From an uncultured Acidimicrobiales bacterium (GTDB lineage: Bacteria; Actinomycetota; Acidimicrobiia; Acidimicrobiales; DATKAS01): DNA of 64,000 nt. The stretch is from NCBI GenBank assembly GCA_963739555.1, contig CAVUAV010000012.1, positions 135,581 to 199,580 of the forward strand, given 5' to 3'. Every line of letters begins with the position of its first letter. The first letter of the stretch is position 1. The translations under genes and the position numbers were made by a program. Below, piece after piece: positions 19,157-31,714 of this stretch. A model generated the notes under the pieces. That model was given only the letters and a program-made list of their open reading frames with translations, did no database searches and had not been told where the DNA came from.

Positions 19157-21722
19157 ATGACCGACGTCCTCGAGCAGACCCCTCCCGAGCCAGCGCGCGC
19201 CCCTGAAGAACCGCGCCCCGGCGCGCCCGACGCCGAGTCGCCCGGCTGGATCGACAAGCTGGCGGGGCGCCTGAGCTCGGTCTCGATCGAGGGCTGGATC
19301 ACCTTCGTGATCGTCGTGGGCTCGGTGATCTTCACCCTCGCCCAGCTGCACCCCAACTTGCTCTTCTCGAACACCACGCCCACCGGTGGCGACATGGGGG
19401 CGCACGTCTGGGGCCCGGCCTACCTGCGCGACCACATCCTCCCGCACTGGCGGCTGTCGGGATGGGCGCCCGATTGGTACGCCGGCTTCCCGATGTACCA
19501 GTTCTACATGGTCATCCCCGCGCTGGCCGTGGTGCTGGTGAACATCCTGCTGCCCTACGGGCTCGCGCTGAAGTTGGTGTCGATCTCCGGTGTGCTCTCG
19601 CTCCCGATCGCACTGTGGGCCTTCGGCAAGCTCAGCGGCCTTCGGTTCCCGCTGCCGGCGATGTTCTCGGCGATGTCGGTGATCTTCCTCTTCGACGAGA
19701 GCTTCACGATCTACGGCGGCAACATCGCATCGACGATGGCGGGGGAGTTCTCGTTCTCGATCGCGCTGTCGCTCGCGTTCGTCTACTTCGGAGTGCTCGC
19801 CCGCGGTCTGCGCACAGGCAAGCACCGCGCGCTCGCGGCCGTGCTGCTCGCGCTCTGCGTGCTCTGCCACCTGATCGTCGCGATCTTCGCGGCGACGGGC
19901 ACCGTCGTCTGGTTCCTGCTCTACCTCGACCGTCGCCGCTTCAAGTGGCTCGCGACGATGGTGCCAGTGGGCGCCTTGCTCACCGCGTTCTGGGTCGTGC
20001 CGTTCTTCCTGCGCCGCCACTACCTCACCGACATGGGGTACGAGCGGCGCACCGACTACGTGAACATGCTGTTCCCGTTCACGTGGAAGTGGGACGCCGC
20101 GCTGTTCGCGCTCGGCGCGCTCGGCTTGATCGCGTCGGTCATGAAGCGGCGCCGCACCGGCGTGTGGCTGGGACTCATGACGCTGATCTACGGCGTCTGG
20201 ATCATCGTGTGGCCGCAGAGCATGTTCTGGAACGCGCGGCTCACGCCCTTCTATTACATCTGCCGCTACCTGCTCGCCGCGATCGGCGCCGCCGAGATCG
20301 GGCTCTGGTTGGCCTCCACCTGCGCGAGCGCCTTCACCCCGCGGGCCAAGCGGTTCGTGACTGCGCTCACGCCGGTCATCGGCGCGGCGATCTGCATCGT
20401 GATCCTCGGCATGAGCCTGCGCATCCTGCCCGGCGGCCGCATCGTCCAGAAGCAGACCTCGACGGGCAGCGTGGCCGCGTACAGCTGGCTCGGGCTCACG
20501 AGCACGCACGCCGCGTTCGTCGACGACTGGGCCAAGTGGAACTACTCCGGATACGAGGGCAAGCCCGCGTACGGCGAGTACCGCGGTGTCATGCAGACGA
20601 TGCAGAACATCGGCGACACCCGCGGATGCGGCCGTGCCGAGTGGGAGTACGACGCGGAGCTCAACCAGTACGGCACGCCGATGGCGATGATGCTGCTCCC
20701 GTTCTGGACCAACGGCTGCATCGACTCGATGGAGGGCTTGTTCTTCGAGTCGTCGGCGACGACGCCGTACCACTTCCTCGCCAGCTCGGCGCTCTCGGCC
20801 GCGCCGTCACGTCCGGTGCGCAACCTGCGGTACGACCCGCTCGACGTCGAGAAGGGCACGCAGTACATGCAGCTCCTCGGCGTGAAGTACTACATGGCGT
20901 TCTCGCCCGCGGCGGTGAAGGAAGCGCGTCAGCAGAAGGACCTCACCGAGATCGCCACCTCGGGGCCGTGGGTGATCTTCCAGGTCGCCGACTCCGACAT
21001 CGTCACGCCGCTCACGAACGAGCCCGTCGTCGTGAAGGGCGCCGACAAGAACGCGAAGTCATGGCTGAACACGTCCGAGGACTTCTTCCTCGACCCGTCG
21101 AAGTGGAACGTCGAGCTCGCCGCGAGCGGCCCGAAGGACTGGGCACGGGTCGAGACCGGCCAGACCCCTCCGCAGAACTGCGGTGCCCCCGGTTGCGGTG
21201 TCGAACATCACCACGGGCGACGACCGGATCAGCTTCGACGTCGACAAGGTCGGCGTGCCCGTGCTCGTGAAGGCGTCGTACTTCCCGAACTGGCAGGTGT
21301 CCGGCGCGGAGGGGCCATGTCGGGTGGCGCCGAACCTGATGGTCGTCATCCCGACGAGCACGCACGTCTCGCTGCACTACGGCCGCACGCCGGTCGACCT
21401 CATCGCGATGTTCCTCACGTTGCTCGGCATCGCCGGCGTCGTGTGGCTCGCCCGCAGTCGGCCGCTCGTCTTCCCGGCCCCCCCGCAGCCGGAGGAGCCG
21501 CTCGACCCGACGAACGCTCGGCCGGTGGAGTGGGACACCTGGGAGGAGTGGAACGGCTCCGATGGATGGGAGCCCGACACGCCACCCGAGGAAGAGTGGA
21601 GCTACGAGCCGCAGTCGGCATCCGGGCCCGCGGAGTCTTCGTTCGGGCGAGACGCGTCCTGGGTCGACGACGAGACGGCCCCGTGGCGCGCGTCGGGCAT
21701 GCGCGATCCTCGTAACCGGTGA
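19157..21722 (+). CDS. Large conserved polytopic membrane protein with a C-terminal extracytoplasmic domain (GT-C-like, function unknown). One frameshift near 21180.
   Basis: ORF 19157.. has ~13 TM segments ('GGDMGAHVWGPAYLRDHILPHWRLSGWAPDWYAGFPMYQFYMV...'). The reading degenerates after 'GQTPPQN'. It continues in ORF 21183..21722 ('VPPVAVSNITTGDDRISFDVDKVGVPVLVKASYFPNWQVSG...'). Confidence 0.75.
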
Positions 21723-23074
21723 TGACGCCCGAGCAGCTCGACACGATCTTCAAGGCCTACGACATCCGGGGCATGGTCCCTGACCAGCTCGACGCCACGA
21801 TCGTCCGTGCGATCGGCACCGCGTTCGCTCGTTTCGCCGGCGCGCCCCGCGTGCTGATCGCGCACGACATGCGCGAGTCGGGGCCCGAGCTTGCCGCGGC
21901 GTTCTCCGACGGGGTGCGTCGCGAGGGCGTCGACGCAGTCCTCCTCGGGCTCGCGTCGACCGACATGATCTACTTCGCCGCCGGCAAGCTCGATGCCCCG
22001 GGAGCGATGCTCACCGCGTCGCACAACCCCGCGGCGTACAACGGCATCAAGCTGTGCCTCTCGGGTGCCCGGCCAGTCGGGGTCGAGAGCGGTCTCGACG
22101 AGATCAAGCACACGACGGCAGCCCTGCTGCGCGACGGCGACGCTCGGCCCGCGCGCGGCGCCGAGTCGAGCGTCGACCTGCTCGACGAGTTCGTTGCGCA
22201 CGTCCACTCGTTCATCGACGTGAGCGCGCTGCGACCGATGAAGGTCGTGGCCGACACGGCAAACGGGATGGGCGGCCTGATCGTGCCCCGGGTGTTCGAG
22301 AAGCTGCCGATCGATCTCGACGTGCTCTTCCCCGAGCTCGACGGCACCTTCCCGAACCACCCCGCCGACCCGATCCAGCCCGCGAACCAGACCGACCTGC
22401 GCAAGCGCGTCGCGGAGCTCGGCGCCGACGTCGGCTTGGCGTTCGACGGCGATGCGGACCGGGTGTTCCTCGTCGACGAGCAGGGCCGCGGGCTGTCGGG
22501 CTCGACCACGACCGCGCTGCTCGCGGTGGGCATCCTCGCCAAGCACCCTGGGTCGAAGATCATCCACAACCTCATCTGCTCGAAGGCCGTGCCCGAGGTG
22601 ATCCGTGAGCACGGCGGCGAGCCGATCCGCACGCGCGTAGGGCACTCGTTCATCAAGCAGGTCATGGTCGAGACCGGCGCCATCTTCGGAGGCGAGCACT
22701 CGGCGCACTACTACTTCCGCGACAACTACCGCGCCGACTCGGGGATCATCGCCTCCATGTTCGTGCTCGAGCAGATGTCGCTCTTGGGGAAGCCGCTCTC
22801 AGAGATCCGGGTGCCGTTCGAGCGCTACGCAGACTCCGGCGAGATCAACACCGAGGTGCCCGACGCGCACGCGACGATCGAGCGCGTCGCCGCCCACTAC
22901 CAAGGCGCCCAACAGGATCGGCTCGACGGCCTGACTGTCGACTTCGGCGACTGGTGGTTCAACCTCCGCCCGTCGAACACAGAGCCGCTGCTGCGCTTGA
23001 ACCTCGAGGCCGCGACCCGAGACGAGTGCGACACCCACGTCGCTGAAGTGTTGGCACTGATCACAGACGGCTGA
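21719..23074 (+). CDS. manB: Phosphomannomutase/phosphoglucomutase
   Basis: An intact 451-aa ORF. 'MLTASHNPAAYNGIKL' carries the active-site Ser loop, 'GLAFDGDADRVFLVD' is the Mg2+ loop, and 'GGEHSAHYYF' is the sugar-binding loop. Confidence 0.92.
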   Translation: MMTPEQLDTIFKAYDIRGMVPDQLDATIVRAIGTAFARFAGAPRVLIAHDMRESGPELAAAFSDGVRREGVDAVLLGLASTDMIYFAAGKLDAPGAMLTASHNPAAYNGIKLCLSGARPVGVESGLDEIKHTTAALLRDGDARPARGAESSVDLLDEFVAHVHSFIDVSALRPMKVVADTANGMGGLIVPRVFEKLPIDLDVLFPELDGTFPNHPADPIQPANQTDLRKRVAELGADVGLAFDGDADRVFLVDEQGRGLSGSTTTALLAVGILAKHPGSKIIHNLICSKAVPEVIREHGGEPIRTRVGHSFIKQVMVETGAIFGGEHSAHYYFRDNYRADSGIIASMFVLEQMSLLGKPLSEIRVPFERYADSGEINTEVPDAHATIERVAAHYQGAQQDRLDGLTVDFGDWWFNLRPSNTEPLLRLNLEAATRDECDTHVAEVLALITDG

Positions 23075-23087
23075 CACACTGCTGGCC

Positions 23088-23324
23088 ATGGCCCTCGATC
23101 CGCTCTTGCTCGAGATCCTCGCCTGCCCCGAAGACAAGGGCCCGCTCTACTACTTCGAGGACGAGGACTCGCTGTACAACCCGCGCCTCAAGCGCCGGTA
23201 CTCCGTGCGCGAAGACATCCCGATCATGCTCATCGACGAGGCTGAGACCGTCACCGACGCCGAGCACGATCGACTGATGGCCAAGGTTTCCTCCGAGGGT
23301 CTCCAGGCGACGTTCTCTTCGTGA
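23088..23324 (+). CDS. Trm112 family protein
   Basis: 'LLEILACPEDKGPLYY...RRYSVREDIPIMLIDEA' is a typical Trm112/DUF343 zinc-ribbon-like small protein. Confidence 0.85.
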   Translation: MALDPLLLEILACPEDKGPLYYFEDEDSLYNPRLKRRYSVREDIPIMLIDEAETVTDAEHDRLMAKVSSEGLQATFSS

Positions 23325-24352
23325 TGCTCGACTCGCTCGGGATGTGGGACGCGGCACTCGCGCTCCCAGAGCAAGTTGCCCGGGCGGCCGAGACCTTCGA
23401 GCAGGGCATCGACGGACTTCCCGAGCGCGAGCGCGTCGGCAACATCCTGGCGATCGGCATGGGAGGCAGCGGCATCGCCGGCGACGTGCTGTCGGTCGTC
23501 GCGGGCCCGTTCGTCCCGGTGCCGATCACCGTCTCGAAGGACTATGAGCTCCCCGGGTTCGTGGGGGAGCGCACGCTCGTCTTCGCGCTCTCGTTCTCGG
23601 GCAACTCCGAGGAGGTCGTGCAGGGCGTCACCGAAGCGGCCGCACTCGGCGCGCACGTCGTGATGGTCTGCGAAGGCGGCGAGCTCGCCGGGCTGGCGGC
23701 GGACTTGGGTCGACCGGTGCTGCCGATCCCACCCGGCATCCCGATGCCGCGCGCGGGTCTCGGCGCGCTCGCAGTCCCTCCCCTCCTCGCGCTCGAGCAC
23801 ATCGGGCTGTTCCCCGGCGCACGTGGGTGGGTGCAGGCCGCGATCGAGCAGCTCTCGCGGCGCCGCGACCAGCTCGCAGCCGCGGGCAACCCCGCCGACG
23901 CGCTGGCCCGCCGCATCGGACGCACGATCCCGCTCTTCTACGGCGCCGGCCCCATCGGCGGCGTGGCCGCGATGCGGTGGAAGTACGACGTCAACGAGAA
24001 CGCGAAGGCGCCCGCGTTCTACAACCGCGTGCCGGAGCTGTGCCACAACGAGGTGGCGGGATGGGGCCAGCACGGCGACGTGACGCGGCAGGTGCTCACG
24101 ATCGTCAACCTCCGCCACGACCACGAGCACCCCCACCTGGCCCGTCGGTTCGAGCTCATGAACTCGTTGGAGGACGAAGTCGTCGCAGCGATCGAAGAAG
24201 TGCGCGCCGAAGGCGAGGGGCCGCTCGCGCAGCTGTTCGACCTCATCCTCTTCGGAGACGTGATGTCGCTCGCGATGGCTGACCACGCCGGCGTCGACCC
24301 TGGCCCGATCGCAGCGCTCGACTTCATCAAGCAATCGCTCGCGCGCCCGTAG
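23321..24352 (+). CDS. SIS-domain bifunctional phosphoglucose/phosphomannose isomerase
   Basis: '[16 protein letters not shown]' and '[14 protein letters not shown]' are SIS motifs. '[24 protein letters not shown]' is the bacterial PGI/PMI C-terminal domain. It shows synteny with manB and ahcY, as in mycobacteria. Confidence 0.85.
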   Translation: MMLDSLGMWDAALALPEQVARAAETFEQGIDGLPERERVGNILAIGMGGSGIAGDVLSVVAGPFVPVPITVSKDYELPGFVGERTLVFALSFSGNSEEVVQGVTEAAALGAHVVMVCEGGELAGLAADLGRPVLPIPPGIPMPRAGLGALAVPPLLALEHIGLFPGARGWVQAAIEQLSRRRDQLAAAGNPADALARRIGRTIPLFYGAGPIGGVAAMRWKYDVNENAKAPAFYNRVPELCHNEVAGWGQHGDVTRQVLTIVNLRHDHEHPHLARRFELMNSLEDEVVAAIEEVRAEGEGPLAQLFDLILFGDVMSLAMADHAGVDPGPIAALDFIKQSLARP

Positions 24353-24363
24353 ACTCCGGCGCC

Positions 24364-25824
<1,461 letters not shown>

Positions 25825-25832
25825 GAGCGCGC

Positions 25833-26663
25833 GTGCGAGAGCTCTCCGCCAAGGTCGCCGTCGTGACGGGCGGCGCGAGTGGCATCGGCAAGGCCCTCGC
25901 GACTCGATTCCGCGATGCGGGCATGCACGTCGTGATCGCGGACGTCGAGGCGGGCGCGCTCCAGGCGACCGCGGACGAGCTCGGCGTCGTCGGGGTGCGC
26001 ACCGATGTCAGCGATGCTGCCTCGGTGCAGGCGCTCGCCGACGAGGTGCGGGAGCGGTTCGGCACCGCACATCTGCTCTGCAACAACGCCGGTGTGGGCG
26101 GCGGCGGCCTGATCGCGGACCAGACCCTCGCCGACTGGGAGTGGGTGCTCGGCGTGAACCTGTGGGGCGTGATCTACGGCCTGCACTCGTTCCTGCCGAT
26201 GCTGCTCGCGAACTCCGACGGGGGTCACGTCGTGAACACGGCCTCGGTCGCCGGCCTCCTCGCGGGCGCGGGCATCGGGCCCTACAACGCCAGCAAGTCA
26301 GCGGTCGTCGCGATCAGCGAGACGCTTCGCAAGGAGCTCGACTTGTCCGATGCAGGGGTGGGCGTGTCGGTGCTCTGCCCCGGATACGTGCGTACGAACA
26401 TCTTCGAGAGCCAGCGCAACCGGCCCGAGGCCCTCCGCAACCCCTCTCGTGCGGCCGGTGACGCCCGGGTTCGCAACGATGCGCTGAAGCGTGTGCTCGA
26501 CATCGCGATGGACCCCGCCGAGGTCGCAGGGATGGTGCACGACGCCGTGGTCGAAGATCGGTTCTGGGTGATCACCCATCCCGAGTTCCTCAAGCCGATC
26601 TCGGAGCGTGCCGATGACATCGTCGCCGGCACCAACCCTCGGCCGGGCCGATTCGGTGAGTGA
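25833..26663 (+). CDS. SDR family oxidoreductase
   Basis: The GTG start lies 9 nt after the ahcY stop. 'VAVVTGGASGIGKA' is the TGxxxGxG motif, 'NNAGV' is NNAG, and 'YNASKSAV' is YxxxK. Confidence 0.88.
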   Translation: MRELSAKVAVVTGGASGIGKALATRFRDAGMHVVIADVEAGALQATADELGVVGVRTDVSDAASVQALADEVRERFGTAHLLCNNAGVGGGGLIADQTLADWEWVLGVNLWGVIYGLHSFLPMLLANSDGGHVVNTASVAGLLAGAGIGPYNASKSAVVAISETLRKELDLSDAGVGVSVLCPGYVRTNIFESQRNRPEALRNPSRAAGDARVRNDALKRVLDIAMDPAEVAGMVHDAVVEDRFWVITHPEFLKPISERADDIVAGTNPRPGRFGE

Positions 26664-26701
26664 CACAGGATCGACACCTGCGACAAGTAGCGTCTGACCT
26701 C

Positions 26702-27280
26702 ATGCTTCGGAAGCCTCTTTCCCTCCTGTTCGCTGGTGCCATCGTGCTCACCCTCGCCGCGTGCGGCGATGACAGTGGCAGCGCGACCGCCACAACCTCA
26801 GGGAGCTCCGGCTCCCAGGCGCCCGCCGCCAGCGGCGGCGCCTCCGACACCAGCTCGGGTTCGGCCGGCACGACGGCGGCACCCAACTTCTCGGGCTCCG
26901 GCGGTGAGAAGTTCTGTTCGCAGGCGAAGGGCTTCGAGCAGACGCTCGGCGCCAGCGACTTCGGTCAGAGCAGCGATCCGGCGCAGCTGAAGGACAACTT
27001 CGCGAAGGCGCAGGACGCGCTGAAGACGCTCGAGTAGAGCGCTCCCGACGAGATCAAGGCCGACGTCAAGACCGTGTCTGACGCCTTCACCTCGCTCATC
27101 GCGGTGTTCGAGTCGGCGAACTATGACGTCACGAAGCTCGCACAGGATCCCGCGGCGCTCGCGAAGCTCGAGAGCTTCAGCGGCCAAGAGGTCCAGGACG
27201 CGAGCACCCGCATCGAGGCGTACTTCTCCGCAGGTGTGCGGCATCAGCACGACCGACACCACCGGCTGATCGCAGCCTGA
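26702..27280 (+). CDS. Lipoprotein of unknown function, interrupted by an in-frame TAG (27035-27037) and probably frameshifted near 27232
   Basis: The lipobox is 'LLFAGAIVLTLAAC'. ORF 26660..27037 and ORF 27074..27280 share one frame and read through as 'KTLE*SAPDEIKADVKTVSDAF'. A typical C-terminus 'VCGISTTDTTG*' appears in the +1 frame near the end. Confidence 0.6.
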
Positions 27281-27308
27281 CGTCACGGCGGCCTGTTAAG
27301 GGCCGCAC

Positions 27309-27946
27309 GTGCTGTTGACGGCTCGTTGCCCTGTGTGCAGACGCCCCGATCGGGGCGTCTGTGCGCGTTGTGCCGCCGATCTCGTGCCGCCGACTCGCCC
27401 GCTGCGGGTGCCGCCCGGCGTCGACGGCCTCGAAGCGGTGCTGTCGTACGAGGGGGAGCGCGCGCGATCGTCGCGGGGCTGAAGTACCGCAACGCGCGCG
27501 GCGGGCTCAGGTCGCTCTCGGCCGCGATGGCCGCTCTGGCGGTGGCATCGGCTCCTGATGTCGGTGTTGTCACCTGGGTGCCGACAAGCGCGACCCGCGC
27601 TCGCGAGCGTGGGTTCGATCAGGCGGCGTTGCTCGCCCGCGAGGTCGGGGCTCGGCTCGGCCTGCCCTGCCGCCGCCTCCTCCGTCGAGACGGCGGGCCC
27701 CCGCAGACCGGGCGCTCCTTGACCGAGCGCCAGGTGGGCCCCCTGCTCAGCGCTCTCGTGCCCATACGCGCCAGCGATGTCTTGCTCGTCGATGACGTCG
27801 TGACGACCGGCTCGACGATGTCGGCCGCGGGTCGCGCGCTGCGCGGTGCCGGCGCCGCGCGGGTGTTCGGAGTCGCGGCCGCGGCCACTCCACGTACACT
27901 CGGCCTCTCCCCGGCAGCGAGGAGCGGCCCGTGGACATCACCGTGA
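27309..27946 (+). CDS. comF: ComF family phosphoribosyltransferase-domain protein. One frameshift near 27458.
   Basis: The N-terminal Cys motif 'CPVCRRPDRGVCARCAADL' is in the frame starting at GTG 27309. The remainder is in ORF 27326..27946 ('IVAGLKYRNARG...VTWVPTSATRARERGFDQAALLA...VLLVDDVVTTGSTM'). Confidence 0.8.
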
Positions 27947-28479
27947 GCAGCCGTCACGCCGACGTATCCACCGCGCTGCGGCAGGCGGTCACCGAGAAGA
28001 TCGGTCGTCTCGACCGGTTCCTCGACGGGATGGAGCACGCGGACGTGCACTTCAGCGAGGAGCGCAACCCCCGCATCTCCGCTCGCGAGGTGTGCGAGGT
28101 GACCCTCGAGGGCCACGGCCACCACGTCCGAGCCAAGGTCGCGGCTCCTGATCAATTCGCCGCGGTCGATCTCGCCGTCGCGAAGCTCGAGCATCAGCTG
28201 TCACGGCTGAAGACGAAGCTCGTGCGCCGCAGCCATGGCACCCGTCCGGGCGTGAACGGCAAGGGACCGGTCGACTCCGACGCGTCCGACTCGCAGGGTG
28301 ACGTGAGCATCGTGAAGGTGAAGAGGTTCGCGATGAAGCCGATGCCTCCCGACGAGGCGGTGTTGCAGATGGAGATGCTCGGCCACTCGTTCTTCTTCTT
28401 CTCGAACGCTCAGACCGGCAAGGCCGCGGTTGTGTACCGCCGAAGCGACGGTGACGTCGGATTGATCGACGAGGCCTAG
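27931..28479 (+). CDS. hpf: Ribosome hibernation-promoting factor (long HPF)
   Basis: 'MDITVSSRHADVSTALRQAVTEKIGRLDRF' is the N-terminal S30AE domain. The C-terminal dimerisation domain is 'IVKVKRFAMKPMPPDEAVLQMEMLGHSFFFFSNAQTGKAAVVYRRSDGDVGLI'. Confidence 0.93.
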   Translation: MDITVSSRHADVSTALRQAVTEKIGRLDRFLDGMEHADVHFSEERNPRISAREVCEVTLEGHGHHVRAKVAAPDQFAAVDLAVAKLEHQLSRLKTKLVRRSHGTRPGVNGKGPVDSDASDSQGDVSIVKVKRFAMKPMPPDEAVLQMEMLGHSFFFFSNAQTGKAAVVYRRSDGDVGLIDEA

Positions 28480-28486
28480 GAACCCG

Positions 28487-29146
28487 TCAGGGAAGACGGC
28501 CGACCGCGAGCGGCGCGAGCGTGCGCACAGTGGTCGCATCCGCGTCAGTCGTGCCGAACGGAACGGTGACCGAGAGGTAGACGTCGCCCTTCACGACCGA
28601 GACCTGCATGCCTGCGACCGCGCCGAAGAACGCGTCGTCGCCGAGGCCGGTGATCGGCTCGACCCCTTCTGCCAGGGGCTTTGTGTCCTCGAAGAGCTTG
28701 CGGGCGGTGTAGTCGCCTCCCGACGCACCGCCGAGAGAGGCGCTCTGCGTCGTGACGACCGAGACGGCCACCGACCGCGGCGGCGACTCGGTCGTCGACC
28801 ACGTGCACGTGCGCTGGCCGAGTGGGTTCGGGAGGTTGCCCTGCGGGCCTGGTGTCGGGCCGCCGACCGGCACCTGCAACGCGCTGCTCACTTCGGCCGT
28901 GGTGAGCAACGCACACGGGTCAATGGGGTTGCCCTTCACCGGGTCGACCGCTGCGGTGCTGGACGCTCCGTCGGTCGCCGAGACGGCGGTCGTCCCTGCG
29001 GACCCGCTGGCCGCGGTCGTGCTCGCGGCGGGCGCCGTGTCGCCGGCGATGCTCGACGAGACCGTGACCGCAGCGTCGTCGCTGCACGAAGCGAAGAAGA
29101 TCGACGCTGTCCCGACCGCGCCGAGCACGAACCACCGCCGCATCAT
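28487..29146 (-). CDS. Secreted lipoprotein (DUF3558-like)
   Basis: The lipobox is '[13 protein letters not shown]', followed by a Ser/Thr/Ala-rich linker. '[15 protein letters not shown]...QRTCTW' resembles actinobacterial DUF3558 lipoproteins. Confidence 0.65.
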   Translation of the reverse strand: MMRRWFVLGAVGTASIFFASCSDDAAVTVSSSIAGDTAPAASTTAASGSAGTTAVSATDGASSTAAVDPVKGNPIDPCALLTTAEVSSALQVPVGGPTPGPQGNLPNPLGQRTCTWSTTESPPRSVAVSVVTTQSASLGGASGGDYTARKLFEDTKPLAEGVEPITGLGDDAFFGAVAGMQVSVVKGDVYLSVTVPFGTTDADATTVRTLAPLAVGRLP

Positions 29147-29180
29147 CAGAGCGACCCTATTGCCGCGTAGCCTTCAGCGG

Positions 29181-30428
29181 ATGTCACCCATGCAGGAGCT
29201 CGGCGCCCGTGCGAAGGCGGCGGCACGGGTGCTCGCAGGCATGTCGAGCGCGGCGAAGGATGCCGGCCTGCACGCGGCGGCCGACCTCCTTGTCGAGCGC
29301 GCCGACGAGCTGCTCGACGCGAACCAGGTGGATGTCGCCCGCGCGGAGGCCGCGGGCTCGTCGGCGGCGATCGTCGACCGGCTTCGGCTCACGCCCGCAC
29401 GCGTTGACGCGATGGCCGCCGGCCTCCGCAAGGTCGCGTCGTTGCCAGACCCCGTGGGGGAGGTCGCCGACGGATGGGTCCGCCCGAACGGCTTGCGGGT
29501 GCGACGAGTGCGCGTGCCGCTCGGTGTCGTGGCGATCGTGTACGAGAACAGGCCGAACGTGACGAGTGATGCGGCGGGCCTCTGCGTGAAGTCCGGCAAC
29601 GCCGCGTTCCTGCGAGGCTCCTCGGGAGCGATCTCCTCGAACATCGCGGTCGCGGCGGCGTTGCGAGACGGATTCGTGAAGGCAGGGTTGCCATCCGACA
29701 GCGTCATCCTCGTCGAGGACACCAGCTATGAGGCCGCAGTCGAGTTCATGCGACTGCGCGGCGTCATCGACTGCTTGATCCCGCGTGGAGGGCCGTCGCT
29801 CATCGCCAGCGTGCTCGAGCACGCGACCGTCCCCTACGTGATCGACGGCGACGGCAACTGCCACGTCTATGTCGACGCCACTGCGGACCTCCCGAAGGCT
29901 GCCGAGGTCGTCATCAACGCGAAGGTCCAGCGGCCGTCCGTGTGCAATGCGGCCGAGTCGTTGCTCGTGCATCGCGCGATCGCGGGGCCGTTCCTAAAGC
30001 GTGTCGCGCGAGGGCTCGACGATGTCGAGCTCGTCGGTGACGACGAGACTCGTGCGATCCTCGGCCCCGACCGTGTCGGCGTCGCGACCGATGAGGACTA
30101 CGCGACCGAGTTCCTCGCGCTGAAGCTCGCGGTGAAGGTGGTCGACTCGCTCGACGAGGCGATCGAGCACATCACGCGGTTCGGCTCGGGACACTCCGAA
30201 GCGATACTCACCGGGTCGGTCGACGCCGCGACGCGGTTCACTCGCGAGGTCGACGCTGCCGCGGTGCTGGTGAACGCGTCGACCCGGTTCGTCGATGGCG
30301 AGGAGCTCGGCTTCGGCGCCGAGATCGGCATCTCGACCCAGAAGCTGCACGCTCGCGGTCCCATGGGCCTGCGCGAGCTGACGACCTTGAAGTGGGTCAT
30401 CGAGGGCGACGGGCACGTGCGCGGCTGA
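29181..30428 (+). CDS. proA: Glutamate-5-semialdehyde dehydrogenase (gamma-glutamyl phosphate reductase)
   Basis: The reading is intact from ATG 29181. It contains '[16 protein letters not shown]', '[10 protein letters not shown]', '[16 protein letters not shown]' (catalytic Cys), '[10 protein letters not shown]' and '[34 protein letters not shown]'. Confidence 0.95.
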   Translation: MSPMQELGARAKAAARVLAGMSSAAKDAGLHAAADLLVERADELLDANQVDVARAEAAGSSAAIVDRLRLTPARVDAMAAGLRKVASLPDPVGEVADGWVRPNGLRVRRVRVPLGVVAIVYENRPNVTSDAAGLCVKSGNAAFLRGSSGAISSNIAVAAALRDGFVKAGLPSDSVILVEDTSYEAAVEFMRLRGVIDCLIPRGGPSLIASVLEHATVPYVIDGDGNCHVYVDATADLPKAAEVVINAKVQRPSVCNAAESLLVHRAIAGPFLKRVARGLDDVELVGDDETRAILGPDRVGVATDEDYATEFLALKLAVKVVDSLDEAIEHITRFGSGHSEAILTGSVDAATRFTREVDAAAVLVNASTRFVDGEELGFGAEIGISTQKLHARGPMGLRELTTLKWVIEGDGHVRG

Positions 30429-31657
30429 ACGCTGGCGAGCGATCACGCCCGGGTCGGGGCGGAGGACGCGGCGCCCGCCGCGTCCTCGCGACGTTGTGCT
30501 GCAGCAGCACCCGGCTGAAGAAGACGACGACGGTCCCTGCGATCACGACGCCGAGAAGTCCGACGCGCAGGCTGATCGTGTCGGCCGTGAGCCCGACGAG
30601 TGGCGGCGACGCCAGGAACCCCACCCGAAGCAGCACGCTCACGACGGTCAGCCCCACACCCGCCGGCAAGCCCGGCAGCTCGTCACCGGTGTGCATGGCC
30701 GCAGGCACGAGCGTGGCCACGCCCAGGCCTGCGAGCGCGAACCCGATCAGCGCCGACGCGGGCGACGGAAACGCCAGCGCTGACCCCATGCCCACGGCGG
30801 TCACGACTCCGCCTACGCGCACGACGGTGCGCTGGCCGAAGCGATCGACGACCCGGTCGCCGGTCAGGCGACCGACCGTCATCGCGGTCTGCAACGCGAC
30901 GAAGGCAAGACCAGCGACCGCGGCGGCCGTCCCGAGGTCGTCCCTCAGGTAGATCGCGCCCCATGACGCCCCGGCGTCTTCGACGACCGCGCCGCACGCG
31001 GCGAGCACACCGAGTGCGGCGAGCGCACGCAAGGTCGACCGAGACACCTTCGAACGGCCGCGGTGGGCGCGCTCGGTGTCGTCAGGTCCTCGGAGGAGGA
31101 AGCGGTAGCTCGCGAGCGCGACGAGGGCGAAGAGGAGCGGACGCCGCGACGAGTGCCACCTCGAGCGACACGCCGAGCGCGATCGTCGTGGCTCCCATCA
31201 GGCCGCCGAAGACCGCGCCGATGCTCCAGATCCCGTGGAACGAGTTGACGATCGAGCGTCCGTAGGCGCGCTGCACGCGCAGCCCATGCGCGTTCTGCCC
31301 GACGTCGGTGACGGCATCGATCCCGCCCGCCACGAAGAGGATCGCCGCGAGCACGCCCCAGCTCGGGGCGAGGCCGACGAGCACGAGCGCGCACGCCAGG
31401 CCGACGATCCCGAGCGTCGCGACTCTCGCCGAGCCGAACCGCTGGATGAGGGCCGCCGCGAAGACGCCCGCCACGAGCGCACCCAGGGGAAAGGCCGCGA
31501 GCGCGGACCCGAGCCCGGCGTTGCTGAGCCCGAGGTCGTTGCGGATCTCGGGATATCGCGGGATGACGTTCGCGAACAGCGCCCCGTTCGCGAAGAACAC
31601 CGCAGCGACTGCCAAGCGCGCAGCCTGGGGCTGGCGGCGGCTCGTGGACGCGGTCAT
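30397..31657 (-). CDS. MFS transporter. One frameshift near 31090-31130.
   Basis: The N-half is ORF 31082..31657 ('[24 protein letters not shown]...') and the C-half is ORF 30397..31047 ('[32 protein letters not shown]'). About 12 TM segments in total. Confidence 0.75.
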
Positions 31658-31714
31658 GCCTGATCAGAGCATGGTGATTGACCCTGCGGTCAAGCGGGCC
31701 GGTACGCTTCCCGG

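Noticed and set aside
24353-24363. An SAH riboswitch upstream of ahcY, which occurs in some Actinomycetota.
   Set aside because: Only 11 nt separate the PGI/PMI stop from the ahcY start, which leaves no room for a riboswitch. ahcY appears to be co-transcribed with the upstream genes.
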